A DNA stretch of 64,000 nt from an uncultured Spirochaetota bacterium. Lineage in GTDB: Bacteria > Spirochaetota > Brevinematia > Brevinematales > JAOACQ01. The position numbers and the translations under genes are program-made. This document shows, one piece after another, positions 47,960 through 58,466 of this stretch (its first letter is position 1; each line of letters starts with the position of its first letter). The notes beneath the pieces were generated by a model. The model had not been told where the DNA came from. It made no database searches and saw nothing but the letters and a program-made list of their open reading frames with translations. The stretch is from assembly GCA_963768055.1 (NCBI GenBank), contig CAVYGN010000001.1:1280001-1344000 (forward strand), given 5' to 3'.

Positions 47960-49543
47960 TTGAGCGGCAAAATTTTTATCTACGATACAACACTCAGGGA
48001 TGGTAAACAGGCCGAAGGGGTCAGTTTTTCAAACGTTGATATGATCGCAATTGCAAAAAAGCTGGATAATTTCGGAGTTGATTACATAGAAGGCGGCTGG
48101 CCGGGCGCAAATCCAAAGGACAGGATTTTTTTTGAAGAGATTAAAAAAGTCGAACTTAAAAAAGCAAAGATCGCCGCCTTCGGCAGAACTCGCCATGCTA
48201 AAAACAAAGTCGGCGAAGACCCTGTTATAAAGGAACTTATTGATTCGGATACGCCGGTTGTTACAATTTTCGGAAAGGCTTCTTCATTACATGTCAGGGA
48301 TGTTTTTCGCATTGAACTCAAGGATAACCTTGAAATGATATACGACACTGTCGCTTATTTAAAAGAGAAGCAAAAAGAGGTCATTTTCGACGCGGAGCAT
48401 TTTTTTGACGGTTATAATGAAAACCCTGAATATGCTGTCGATTCTTTAAGGACCGCAGAAAGGGCCGGTGCGGATATATTGGTTTTATGCGATACAAACG
48501 GAGGAAAAATCCCTTACGAGATTTCAAATATCATAGCGAAACTCAGGAACGAAATTAAAACGCCTCTAGGCATTCATTGCCACAATGACAGCGGATGCGC
48601 GGTGGCAAATAGTATCGAAGCGGTGAGAAACGGCATTATTCATGTTCAGGGTACTATCAACGGAATCGGCGAGAGATGCGGAAATACAGATTTATGCTCG
48701 ATAATGCCGAACCTGATGTTCAAAATGGGCTTTACTTTTAATCATATTACAAAAGAGGGCATAAAAAAATTGATGGAGCTGTCGCATTATATCTATGAAA
48801 TAGCCAATATGGCCCCTGACAATAAGCAGCCTTATACGGGATTAAGCGCTTTCGCGCATAAAGCAGGGGTACATGCCGATGCGGTTGAGAAAAATACGGT
48901 CACTTATGAACATATTTCCCCGGAATTGGTAGGAAACCAGAGAAGGATCCTTATTTCCGAACAGGCTGGAAAATCTAATATCCTGGAAAAAGCCAGGGAA
49001 ATGGGAATAAAAATACAAAAACAATTCGTTCCGTTCCTCGTCGAAAGAATTAAAGACCTTGAAAATATGGGGTACGAATTCGAGGGAGCTGACGCCTCCT
49101 TCGAAATACTTATCAATAAGATTTCAGGCTTATTCAAGAATAAGTTCAATGTTGAATCTTTCAAGTCATTTACTTATATAAGAGAGGGCTCCAACCCGGT
49201 AATAGAGGCAACTGTCAAAATCAAGGTAGGCGAACTGGAGGAATTGACAGTGGCGGAGGGCGACGGACCTATCAATGCCCTTGATTCCGCCCTTAAAAAC
49301 GCTTTATCTGTTTTTTATCCGGTAGTAAAAAATATTAAGCTCCTGGATTATAAGGTGCGTATATTAAATCCCAAAGCGGGTACGGCCGCTATTACCAGGG
49401 TTCTTATTCAGTTCAGGTATAATGGGTATGAATGGGGTACAGTTGGTGTTTCAGGCAATATAATCGAAGCAAGCTGGCAAGCCCTTGTAGACAGCATGAA
49501 TTATATTTTGATGAAAATTGAAAGTGAAGAACGGCAAAGTTGA
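47960..49543 (+). CDS. cimA: Citramalate synthase
   Basis: YDTTLRDG.Q, IEGGWPGANPKD, DAEHFFDGY, HCHND, GERCGN, GYEFEGADASFE; TTG start after GGAGG. Confidence 0.9.
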   Translation: MSGKIFIYDTTLRDGKQAEGVSFSNVDMIAIAKKLDNFGVDYIEGGWPGANPKDRIFFEEIKKVELKKAKIAAFGRTRHAKNKVGEDPVIKELIDSDTPVVTIFGKASSLHVRDVFRIELKDNLEMIYDTVAYLKEKQKEVIFDAEHFFDGYNENPEYAVDSLRTAERAGADILVLCDTNGGKIPYEISNIIAKLRNEIKTPLGIHCHNDSGCAVANSIEAVRNGIIHVQGTINGIGERCGNTDLCSIMPNLMFKMGFTFNHITKEGIKKLMELSHYIYEIANMAPDNKQPYTGLSAFAHKAGVHADAVEKNTVTYEHISPELVGNQRRILISEQAGKSNILEKAREMGIKIQKQFVPFLVERIKDLENMGYEFEGADASFEILINKISGLFKNKFNVESFKSFTYIREGSNPVIEATVKIKVGELEELTVAEGDGPINALDSALKNALSVFYPVVKNIKLLDYKVRILNPKAGTAAITRVLIQFRYNGYEWGTVGVSGNIIEASWQALVDSMNYILMKIESEERQS

Positions 49544-49553
49544 TTCGGCCTTT

Positions 49554-50360
49554 ATGAATAAAAAACCAATAGGTATTTTCGATTCGGGTGTCGGCGGACT
49601 GACAGTTGCCAGGGAAATTATAAAGCTTCTTCCCAATGAGACAATAATATATCTTGGCGATACGGCAAATTTTCCCTATGGGGAAAAGTCTGAGGATATC
49701 GTCAGGCAGTATTCGATCGCCAATACCAGATTCCTTCTTAAATTCGATATAAAGCTGCTGGTGGTGGCATGCAATACGGCATCATCGGTCGCGCTGGATT
49801 GCCTTAAGGAAAATTTTAATATTCCTATTATCGGGGTTATCGAGCCTGCGGCGAGGTGGGCAATTGATGCGACAAGGAACAATAAAATCGGCGTAATTGG
49901 AACGCACAGGACAATAAAAAGCGGTGTGTATGCAAGTACTTTGTCAGGCATTGATAAAACTCTATCTATTTTTTCAAAACCCTGCCCTCTTTTTGCTCCC
50001 CTTATAGAGGAAAATTTCATTAATCACGAAGCGACAAGATTAATTGCCTTTGAATATTTAAAGGAACTTAAAGAGAGCGGCATAGACACCCTGATACTGG
50101 GGTGTACTCACTACCCGCTTATATATCCGATAATTTCAGGCCTCTTGCCTGCCGTTAGATTGATCGATTCTGCTTTAGCGGCAGCCTATTCACTGAAGTC
50201 GGTTCTCGATTCGGGGGACCTTAGAGGGCCCGACGGCAGCACGGCTGAATACATGTTTTATGCTACGGATATAACGGAGAAATTAAATTTTCTTGCTAAA
50301 AGCATACTTGAAAATATTTTACCCGAAAAAGAAAACATTTTTAAAAAGATTGCTTTATAA
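49554..50360 (+). CDS. murI: Glutamate racemase
   Basis: FDSGVGGLTV, PYGEKS, VACNTAS, LGCTHYP. Confidence 0.96.
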   Translation: MNKKPIGIFDSGVGGLTVAREIIKLLPNETIIYLGDTANFPYGEKSEDIVRQYSIANTRFLLKFDIKLLVVACNTASSVALDCLKENFNIPIIGVIEPAARWAIDATRNNKIGVIGTHRTIKSGVYASTLSGIDKTLSIFSKPCPLFAPLIEENFINHEATRLIAFEYLKELKESGIDTLILGCTHYPLIYPIISGLLPAVRLIDSALAAAYSLKSVLDSGDLRGPDGSTAEYMFYATDITEKLNFLAKSILENILPEKENIFKKIAL

Positions 50361-50407
50361 TTAAAGCATAAAAATATTTTGAAATTGGATATATTAGGAG
50401 AAAATTA

Positions 50408-51451
50408 ATGAAGCATATTTGGATTTTGATATTGATGTTTATCGCCCTTCAGGGAAGGGCGGACGTTGTCAACTCGATTGTAGCCAACGTCGGCCAATAT
50501 TCTATCTCGAAATTGGATATTCAAAAGATGTCCGAATTCCTCCAGATAAGTAAATCTACCAACAATGCTATGATAGAATTGATCATGGCTTATTCGGTTT
50601 TTACATCTATTGAAAATGACGATCAGATTGTATTCAGGGATAATGAAGTCGACAGCATCGTAAAAACTCTAACCAATACTAACAATACTTCGGATTCAAT
50701 GGCTAAGGCGCGCCAGCAGCTTTACCATGATTATCCTGACGAATATAAGCTGGAACTTAAAAAGAACCAGATAATCCGTTCTTTAGCTTACTATAAACCT
50801 GATATTAAAAGCAGTGTTGACGAAACAATTTCCGAAAAGGATATGACAAATTTTTACTTAAAGAACAAAAAGTATTTTATAAATGCTCCGTTATTGGATA
50901 TGTATATCATATCTGTTCCCCAACCTGCCGATGTCACTCTCGACAAACTTGACGAAATTGAACAAGCTCTTGCGGTACTTACCAATGCCCTTAAAAAAAG
51001 CGATGATGTAACTCCGCTTCTTGAAAAATATAAAAATTTATTAAAACCCGAACCATATTCAGGCAGGACAGGTTTTAAACCTATAAACGAGATTTATAAT
51101 GCCGGCTGTCCGGAAGAGCTTATCAATATCGCTTTAATGCAGAGCATTCCTATGCGTTCCGCTCCTCCATTAATTGTTAAGAACGGAACTATAATAGGTT
51201 ATGAAAAGTACCTTTTCAAGAATTCACCGAACAAAATCCATTATTTTATAATAAAATTAATTAACAGAAAATCAGAAACACAATCATCCTTCGAGGATTC
51301 CAGGGCTGCAATTGAAAATATTCTAAAGGAAGACAAACTCAGGACCGCCATTCAAAAATTTATCATTAACAAGATAAACCACGGTGAAATCACGGTCAAT
51401 ATCATCGATAAATCATATGAAGGAGTTTATGATGAATTTTTACGAAGGTAA
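50408..51451 (+). CDS. Exported SurA/parvulin-like chaperone (divergent)
   Basis: Signal peptide, VVNSIVANV, FEDSRAAIENIL; similarity is weak. Confidence 0.5.
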   Translation: MKHIWILILMFIALQGRADVVNSIVANVGQYSISKLDIQKMSEFLQISKSTNNAMIELIMAYSVFTSIENDDQIVFRDNEVDSIVKTLTNTNNTSDSMAKARQQLYHDYPDEYKLELKKNQIIRSLAYYKPDIKSSVDETISEKDMTNFYLKNKKYFINAPLLDMYIISVPQPADVTLDKLDEIEQALAVLTNALKKSDDVTPLLEKYKNLLKPEPYSGRTGFKPINEIYNAGCPEELINIALMQSIPMRSAPPLIVKNGTIIGYEKYLFKNSPNKIHYFIIKLINRKSETQSSFEDSRAAIENILKEDKLRTAIQKFIINKINHGEITVNIIDKSYEGVYDEFLRR

Positions 51452-51896
51452 ATTATCCGGGAAAGGCATCAGCCTAGCTATCGTGTACGGTAAATTCAAT
51501 TCCTTTATCGGCGACAAGCTTCTTGACGGAGCGGAGAACGCGTTCGATCAACTCGGCGGCGATCCTGCAAAGCTGGATATATATAAGGTGCCAGGAAGTT
51601 ATGAAATCGCCGGCCTTTGCAGGAAGTTGATACTGAAAAAAAAATATAACGCGATTATCTGCCTGGGTGTCATAATCAGAGGGCAAACCCCTCATTTCGA
51701 ATATATTGCATCAAACACCGCCAAAGCAATTATGGAACTTTCCCTTGAAGGCCCGATACCTGTCATATATGGTTTGATAACAGCTGACGATATGGATCAG
51801 GCTATTGACAGGGCCGGAACTAAAAGCGGGAATAAGGGTTATGACGCAGTGTTTACTGCTGTTGAAATGGCCAGTATTTATACCCAGATCGAATAA
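51429..51896 (+). CDS. ribH: 6,7-dimethyl-8-ribityllumazine synthase
   Basis: KFN, VPGSYEI, LGVIIRGQTPHFEY, RAGTKSGNKG. Confidence 0.95.
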   Translation: MMNFYEGKLSGKGISLAIVYGKFNSFIGDKLLDGAENAFDQLGGDPAKLDIYKVPGSYEIAGLCRKLILKKKYNAIICLGVIIRGQTPHFEYIASNTAKAIMELSLEGPIPVIYGLITADDMDQAIDRAGTKSGNKGYDAVFTAVEMASIYTQIE

Positions 51897-51915
51897 ATGA
51901 AAGGACAGTCAATTA

Positions 51916-52407
51916 ATGCCTGCCGGGAAACATGGCTTACGGGAAATGGGGAGGGAACTTGTTTTTCTTTCCCTTTACCAGTTTGATATATATCCTATTT
52001 CTCCTGCCGATTTAACAAGTTTCGAATGGTATGAAATCATGATCGGGGATAAAGACAGCGAGGAAGACCTTCTGTATATTCCTCCAAATAAAAGGAGGGA
52101 AATTTATGATTTCGGAGCCCAGCTCCTCAACGGTACAATATCGAACCTGAAAAAAATTGACGAAATTATAAACAAACATCTCGTTAAATGGAGTTTCAAC
52201 CGCCTTCATGCGGTAGATAAAGCAATTCTTCGGCTTTCCATTTATTCAATAATATACCGGTTCGATATTCCGGCCGAAGTTACAATATCCGAAGCGAACG
52301 AACTGTCGAATAAATACAGCGATGAGAATACATCAAACTATATTAACGGGATCCTTCATAGGGTAAAACAGGAATACAGGAAAAACATTCTTACAAAAAA
52401 TTCCTGA
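51916..52407 (+). CDS. nusB: Transcription antitermination factor NusB
   Basis: RE....LYQ, W...RL..VDKAILR, EA..L...Y, YINGIL; follows ribH. Confidence 0.92.
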   Translation: MPAGKHGLREMGRELVFLSLYQFDIYPISPADLTSFEWYEIMIGDKDSEEDLLYIPPNKRREIYDFGAQLLNGTISNLKKIDEIINKHLVKWSFNRLHAVDKAILRLSIYSIIYRFDIPAEVTISEANELSNKYSDENTSNYINGILHRVKQEYRKNILTKNS

Positions 52408-52416
52408 AAGCTGTCC

Positions 52417-53016
52417 GTGGGGTACAATTTGAGCAGGAAAAAAAGAGTCTCTAAAAAGAGCGGCAAGCGGCTGCGTTGGCGAGCTTTAGATAAAAATCTA
52501 ATCCATTATTTATCTAAACGAAGGTACCGGTTTTTAACCTCTTTTATGAGGTTAATCAGCCATATAGGGGACGGTTTCGCCTGGTTTTTCCTTTGTATAT
52601 TATTTATGATCATCGGCTTCCTTCAGGAAGGAGAATTCACTACAAGCGGCGAAGTATCCACAGGGATTTCTATTTTGTTCGGTTTATTGATACAGGGAAT
52701 TCTGCAAATGATCGTCAAGAGAATTTTCAACAGGCAAAGGCCTTATGTAAAACATGACGACATATCAAAAGCAATAAAACCTCCGGATAGATTTTCCTTT
52801 CCCTCCGGCCATACAGCGGGGGCATTCACCGTTTCCTTTGTCCTTTATTACTATCACCCGTTCATCTCCATCCCTTTTTTCATTCTTTCAGGCCTGATTG
52901 CTTTTTCAAGGATGTACCTGGGGGTCCATTATCTTTCGGATATTCTCGCCGGTATAGTCCTTGGTTTTATCAGTTCAAGTCTTGGAATATATTTATCTCT
53001 TCTTATCAGCACCTGA
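52417..53016 (+). CDS. PAP2-family phosphatase
   Basis: K....RQRP, SFPSGH, SRMYLGVHYLSD. Confidence 0.92.
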   Translation: MGYNLSRKKRVSKKSGKRLRWRALDKNLIHYLSKRRYRFLTSFMRLISHIGDGFAWFFLCILFMIIGFLQEGEFTTSGEVSTGISILFGLLIQGILQMIVKRIFNRQRPYVKHDDISKAIKPPDRFSFPSGHTAGAFTVSFVLYYYHPFISIPFFILSGLIAFSRMYLGVHYLSDILAGIVLGFISSSLGIYLSLLIST

Positions 53017-53030
53017 ATAGGGGTTCTTAG

Positions 53031-54722
53031 ATGATTGATTATTCAAAACTCGAATCTATTGAGGATAGCCGCCTTATCAGGACAAGGGACAATATGTTTA
53101 CAATGCAGCTTCGCGGCCGTTATATTCACAGTTATTATACCTGCAGAAAGGAGGCCGCCAGGCTTGTCGAAGATATTCTACTTCTAGACAGAAAAAATAC
53201 CCTGGTCATTTTTTTTGGCGCCGGCTTGGGATATCAGGTAGATATCCTTGAAAAAGAGGGGTTTGACAACTTAATCATAATAGAAAGGGAAAAAGAGATC
53301 TATTCTATCTTCAATAAGATATATAAACCCGGTGAAAATTCCTTTGTTATATCTCCTGATGATGACCCATCCAGGCTGGACACCATTTTTACAATGCTTG
53401 AAATAGAAAATTTGAAAAATATTAAAACGGTTATACTCCGCGGGGCTTTTAATAAAGAATTATACCAGCCTTTTGAAGACAGGATTGAGAGATTGATGCG
53501 GGTCAAGCTTGGAGATTTTTCAACAAGACTGAAATTTGAAGAGATATGGCTTATCAATATAATAAAAAATATCAATAATTTAAAGTATTCGGGTTTCATC
53601 AGGCAGTTATTCGGCAGGGCCGGCAATATGCCGGTACTTGTCGTATCGGCGGGCCCCTCGCTTAAATCATCCCTTTGTGAAATTAATAAAATATCAGGCA
53701 GGTGTATTCTGATCGCTGTTGATACCGCTGTTTTACCCCTATTCGAATCCGGTATTATACCGGATTTCATCTATTCTCTTGACTCTCAAGTCCATAATTT
53801 AAATGATTTTTCAATGATAGGTCTTGATTATTTGAAGAGGACCAGGCTTATATACGATATAGTTGTTAATCCTGAACTTCCATATTATTTCAGGAAGCTG
53901 GCCACAGCCGGTCAAATTAATATGTTTGCCGCCAATACGGCCCACCTTGATTTTGATTTTAATGGTAATTCATACCTTATAAAGAACGAATTTGCCAGCT
54001 GGATCGAAACAGCAGGTTCCCTGCGGATCGGGGACATTGAAACCGGGGGATCGGTATCTACTTCGGCTTTTTACTTCGCTTATCAATTGGGCGGCAATCC
54101 CATTATTCTTTCCGGTCAGGACCTAGCCTATTCTTACATGTGCTCCCATTCGGTTTCAACATCTCATTTTTATAAAATCATCATGAACAGCTCACGCCTG
54201 AAGAGCATTCAGAGTATTTTTATCGATATACTTCTTTCACGACGATATGTCAAGGTACTTCCAGGACTTTTTTCCGATTTTGTATTACAGAATTTCAGAG
54301 GCTGGTTCGAGGAATCCGCAAAGAGCGTAATTAAATTCAACCCGGAAATTTCTCTTATCAATTCCAGTGCTTATGGCTCGCCGATTAAAAATTTTCATAA
54401 CATCAGCCTTTCGGAATTATTTAATAAAAAAGATTATCCCGTCCTTGATAAAGAAAAACAATTCGGCGACTTGTTGATAGAACCGAATAAAATTGATAAA
54501 ATTATATCGCGCCTGGTTCCGCTCTATGATTACATGAAATCTCTCAAGGCGGACCCGGACATATTTAAAATAATAAAAGATTCGGAATGGAAATTTATAA
54601 GTAAATTTTTTATGAGAGAAAACATGATTTATGAAAGATACGGTAATTTTGATCTTGATAATACCGAGCGAAAATTGTATAGATTTATAAAAGCGATAGA
54701 GGGCATTAATTATGGTAAATGA
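53031..54722 (+). CDS. Motility-associated-factor (Maf/MptE-like) putative glycosyltransferase
   Basis: HS.Y...EA, FFGAGLGY, VSAGPSL, AVDTA, PDF...LD, GGSVS, GQDLAY. Confidence 0.8.
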   Translation: MIDYSKLESIEDSRLIRTRDNMFTMQLRGRYIHSYYTCRKEAARLVEDILLLDRKNTLVIFFGAGLGYQVDILEKEGFDNLIIIEREKEIYSIFNKIYKPGENSFVISPDDDPSRLDTIFTMLEIENLKNIKTVILRGAFNKELYQPFEDRIERLMRVKLGDFSTRLKFEEIWLINIIKNINNLKYSGFIRQLFGRAGNMPVLVVSAGPSLKSSLCEINKISGRCILIAVDTAVLPLFESGIIPDFIYSLDSQVHNLNDFSMIGLDYLKRTRLIYDIVVNPELPYYFRKLATAGQINMFAANTAHLDFDFNGNSYLIKNEFASWIETAGSLRIGDIETGGSVSTSAFYFAYQLGGNPIILSGQDLAYSYMCSHSVSTSHFYKIIMNSSRLKSIQSIFIDILLSRRYVKVLPGLFSDFVLQNFRGWFEESAKSVIKFNPEISLINSSAYGSPIKNFHNISLSELFNKKDYPVLDKEKQFGDLLIEPNKIDKIISRLVPLYDYMKSLKADPDIFKIIKDSEWKFISKFFMRENMIYERYGNFDLDNTERKLYRFIKAIEGINYGK

Positions 54723-55419
54723 AAAGATAATGGATGAAATTGAAGAAAATATCTTTATAATATACGGTGAAAAACCAAGTTCTCATTCATATCTGATCAA
54801 GGGCTTGTATAAAAACGTACTTATCGATACGGGAACAAAAAATAATTTCAGCAGAATTGTGCAATCAGCGGCAAAGGTAGGCCTAAAGGCAAGCGATATT
54901 CATCTCGTGATCTGTACTCATGAGCATTATGATCACATCGGATGCATAAGTTTTTTCTATGAGACGGCCCTTCTTGCTGCTGACAGGTTCGCCGCTACAA
55001 AAATCGAACTTCAGGATGAATATGTGATCCATGCGGCTGTTCATGGCGAGGAAGCAATAAAGACACGTATTAATATATGGCTTGAAAACAGGATGTTGTT
55101 TGATTTCGGTAATTACAAACTCAAAGTGCTTCATACACCGGGGCATACTTCAGGCTGTATTTGTCTTTATGAACCCTTTCATCATTTAATGTTTACGGGC
55201 GATACGGTATTCAACGAGGGGGTGATTTCAAAAATATCGGACTCGGGAAGCTATGGAGATTACATAAATTCTCTTGAAAGGCTTAATACCTACAAGATTA
55301 AAAGGATATTTCCCGGCCATGGCAAAATCTCAAATAATCCCGGAAACTCGCTTCAGGAATCCATCAGGAACGCCAAAAAAAAACTCTCGGATTATACACA
55401 AAGCCTGGAGAATAAATAG
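54712..55419 (+). CDS. MBL-fold metallo-hydrolase
   Basis: LIDTG, THEHYDHIG, HTPGHT, FTGD, PGHG. Confidence 0.92.
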   Translation: MVNEKIMDEIEENIFIIYGEKPSSHSYLIKGLYKNVLIDTGTKNNFSRIVQSAAKVGLKASDIHLVICTHEHYDHIGCISFFYETALLAADRFAATKIELQDEYVIHAAVHGEEAIKTRINIWLENRMLFDFGNYKLKVLHTPGHTSGCICLYEPFHHLMFTGDTVFNEGVISKISDSGSYGDYINSLERLNTYKIKRIFPGHGKISNNPGNSLQESIRNAKKKLSDYTQSLENK

Positions 55420-55489
55420 ATTAGTAAATCATGGGGTCTCCTCCCCAATATTGCATAATTGACTGTTTTATGTTAATATTGAAGTCGGA

Positions 55490-56893
55490 ATGATTTTTAA
55501 ACGATTTAATGATTTTTTAGAGAAGATTACAGGCAATAAAAACGATTTTTCGCTTGAATGCAGACTTTTTCACTTTGTCGTAATATTTGGTATTTTTATA
55601 GCAGTAATTGCAAATATCAATCATATTATTCTGAAAAATCATATTATGTCTGTTATAGTTCCCTCTGTTTTTTCACTTGCCTCCCTCGGAATTTATTATT
55701 TATCACGCTTCAGGAATAAATATGCCCTTTCCTTATGGATATATTTATCGTTACTTTTATTCGTTATGGCACCCTTGCTCTGGTTCTATAACGGAGGATC
55801 CATAGGCGGTTTTCAACATTATATGTTCCTTTTCTTCATAGGAATATGTTCTCTTTTAAAGGGGAAGGCAAGGCTAGTGACACTGGCCATTTTCATTCTG
55901 TTATACGCTTCGCTTATTACGCTGGAATTTTACCATCCGGAATTAATATCAGGATTTAAATTAAGGTTTAACATCTTTTTCGATATAGCTTTCAGCATGG
56001 CATGGAGTATTATAACTGTTGTTATTTTATTTATGGTTTATAGAAATGCTTATGAACAGGAAAAAAATAAGGCCAGTGAATATTCCATCGAACTTGAAAA
56101 AGAAAAAAATGTTTTAAATGTTAAATTTGAAAGGATGAACATGGAGCTTGATATGGCAAGGTCCATTCAAAGGCAGTTCATCGAAGTCAAAAGAAATATC
56201 CCGTACATTGATTTTATTTATTACCCTATGGCGAAACTTGGGGGCGATTTTCTTCATTTTTTCCGCTTCAGGTATTCGGATGAAATCGGAATATTTATCA
56301 GCGATGTCTCAGGACATGGCGTCCCCGGTGCGCTTATAACCGGTATGATATATTCCCATCTGCTGGAAATCGCGCCAAGGATCAAAGATCCCGCCCAGAT
56401 CCTCTCTTCCCTGAACAATGTACTTATCGGCAATACGGGTAATAATTTCATTACGGCTATTTACGGTATTTATTATCCTATAAAAAGGGAGTTCGTTTAT
56501 TCTAATGCCGGCCATAATTCTCCTTATGTAATCGACGGCAAAAGTTGTCATTTGCTGGATGAATCCGGCCGTTCTCTTCCCCTTGCCGTAATGAGCAATT
56601 CCGAACTTGAGGATATCGGGAAATCATATTCGATATCGAGTGTAAAATTTAACAAGGATTCCAAGGTCCTCCTTTATACCGATGGTTTAACCGAAGCGGT
56701 TAATATAAATAAGAAGGATGCCCCGGGTGATTCGCAGAATTATGAAACCATTTACTTTCCGGATTTCCTTGTTCAAATATCGAAGACGACCCCCCAGGAG
56801 TTTTTATACTCTTTGATGGAAAACCTTAAAATATTCCGCGGCGGGGTTGAATTTGACGACGATATTTGCGCCGTATGCATGGACATAAGGTGA
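55490..56893 (+). CDS. Membrane-bound PP2C/SpoIIE-type phosphatase (paralog 1)
   Basis: About 6 TM; ARSIQ, GGDF, SDVSGHGVPGA, NAGH, YTDGLTE, DDIC. Confidence 0.9.
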   Translation: MIFKRFNDFLEKITGNKNDFSLECRLFHFVVIFGIFIAVIANINHIILKNHIMSVIVPSVFSLASLGIYYLSRFRNKYALSLWIYLSLLLFVMAPLLWFYNGGSIGGFQHYMFLFFIGICSLLKGKARLVTLAIFILLYASLITLEFYHPELISGFKLRFNIFFDIAFSMAWSIITVVILFMVYRNAYEQEKNKASEYSIELEKEKNVLNVKFERMNMELDMARSIQRQFIEVKRNIPYIDFIYYPMAKLGGDFLHFFRFRYSDEIGIFISDVSGHGVPGALITGMIYSHLLEIAPRIKDPAQILSSLNNVLIGNTGNNFITAIYGIYYPIKREFVYSNAGHNSPYVIDGKSCHLLDESGRSLPLAVMSNSELEDIGKSYSISSVKFNKDSKVLLYTDGLTEAVNINKKDAPGDSQNYETIYFPDFLVQISKTTPQEFLYSLMENLKIFRGGVEFDDDICAVCMDIR

Positions 56894-58305
56894 AAAAGAA
56901 AATGTTTCGGAATATCATATTAAAATTATTCCAGGCAATTGCCGGAACTAAAGAGCGCTTTACTCTCGAACAAAGGCTGTTCCACGCTGTAATAGCCGCG
57001 GGGGTAATTTTAATACTGATTACAAATATAATCAATATCATAGTGGGCAATAATATCCTGACTACTATAATCCCTACGGCTTTCTCCATTGCGTCTGCCT
57101 TCTGTTATTATATCTCGCGTTTCAGGAATGAATATAAAATCTCCGTATTGCTGTTCCTGATATTGCTGCTTTTTATTATGACCCCCTTGCTCTGGTTCTC
57201 TCGCGGAGGTTCCGCAGGCGGTTTTCAATTTTTCATATTATTATTCAGCCTTGTCCTAAGTGCGATTACAAGGGGAAAAGCCGGAATTTATACTCTCATT
57301 CTTTATATCATAACAACGATAGTCATGCTTATGGTGGAATATTATCACCCCGAATTCGTAATTGGCTATGATTCTAGGTCGGACAGGTATTTCGATGTAG
57401 CCTCCGGCATGACTATATCCATGATTATGAGTGTGATATTGTTTATTGTCTATGTGAATGCTTACGACAGGGAAAAAAAGATGGCAGGGAAATACTCCGC
57501 CGAATTGGAAAAAGAAAGGAATTCCCTGAACGATAAATTTGAAACGATGAACCTGGAACTGAATATGGCAAGGTCCATTCAAAGGCAGTTCATAGGTATG
57601 AAGAAAAATATTCCTTATATCGATTATATTTATCATCCCATGGCCAAGCTCGGAGGTGATTTTCTTCATTTATTTACCTTCGGGAACACTGATGAAATCG
57701 GGATCTTCATCAGCGACGTTTCCGGGCATGGGGTGCCGGGCGCCCTTATAACCGGCATGATCTATTCCCATCTTCTTGAAATAACCCCCCGGACCAGGAA
57801 TCCGGCACAGGTACTTAAGTCGTTAAACGGCGTCCTGTTCGGAAATACCGGCGGCAATTTTATAACTGCTATCTATGGAATATATATCCCGTCAAAGCGG
57901 GAATTTGTATATTCGAATGCGGGGCATAACACTCCTTATATAGTAAAGGACAGAAGTTGCTTTTTCATGGAAGATAAGGGACGTTCTCTTCCTCTCGCTG
58001 TCCTCTCCAATTCCGACCTGGAAGACATGAAAAAGCCTTACCGTTTATCCAGCACAAAGCTTGACAGCGGAACTAAAATTCTGCTTTATACAGACGGCCT
58101 GACCGATACGGTTAATATCCATAGTACGGACTATAATTCGGGGCAGGAGGATTTTGAAAACACTTACCTTCCGGAAATTATCTCCGAACTGATACCGATG
58201 ACTCCCCAGGAATTCTTATATGCTCTGATGGAAAGGCTCAAGCTCTTCAGGGGAGGGGAGGAATTCGATGATGATATTTGTATGGTGTGTGTCGATATCA
58301 GGTGA
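56890..58305 (+). CDS. Membrane-bound PP2C/SpoIIE-type phosphatase (paralog 2)
   Basis: Same architecture and motifs as paralog 1; GTG start overlaps the upstream TGA. Confidence 0.9.
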   Translation: MKKKMFRNIILKLFQAIAGTKERFTLEQRLFHAVIAAGVILILITNIINIIVGNNILTTIIPTAFSIASAFCYYISRFRNEYKISVLLFLILLLFIMTPLLWFSRGGSAGGFQFFILLFSLVLSAITRGKAGIYTLILYIITTIVMLMVEYYHPEFVIGYDSRSDRYFDVASGMTISMIMSVILFIVYVNAYDREKKMAGKYSAELEKERNSLNDKFETMNLELNMARSIQRQFIGMKKNIPYIDYIYHPMAKLGGDFLHLFTFGNTDEIGIFISDVSGHGVPGALITGMIYSHLLEITPRTRNPAQVLKSLNGVLFGNTGGNFITAIYGIYIPSKREFVYSNAGHNTPYIVKDRSCFFMEDKGRSLPLAVLSNSDLEDMKKPYRLSSTKLDSGTKILLYTDGLTDTVNIHSTDYNSGQEDFENTYLPEIISELIPMTPQEFLYALMERLKLFRGGEEFDDDICMVCVDIR

Positions 58306-58466
58306 TTTGCCTGGAAAGGATTGATGTATATTACATTATCAATTATATCAAGGTGTAAGATTATTCATAGTTATAATTTGATACTACATTCTAACCGTTT
58401 TATAATAATCAGACCTTATCTGATATTAAGGAAAAATTCCCTGTTATGATGGAATAGGCAAATAAT

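Noticed and set aside
58381..58389. atactacat, identical to half of the BlaI operator
   Set aside because: Second half-site absent; a 9-bp AT-rich match is plausible by chance
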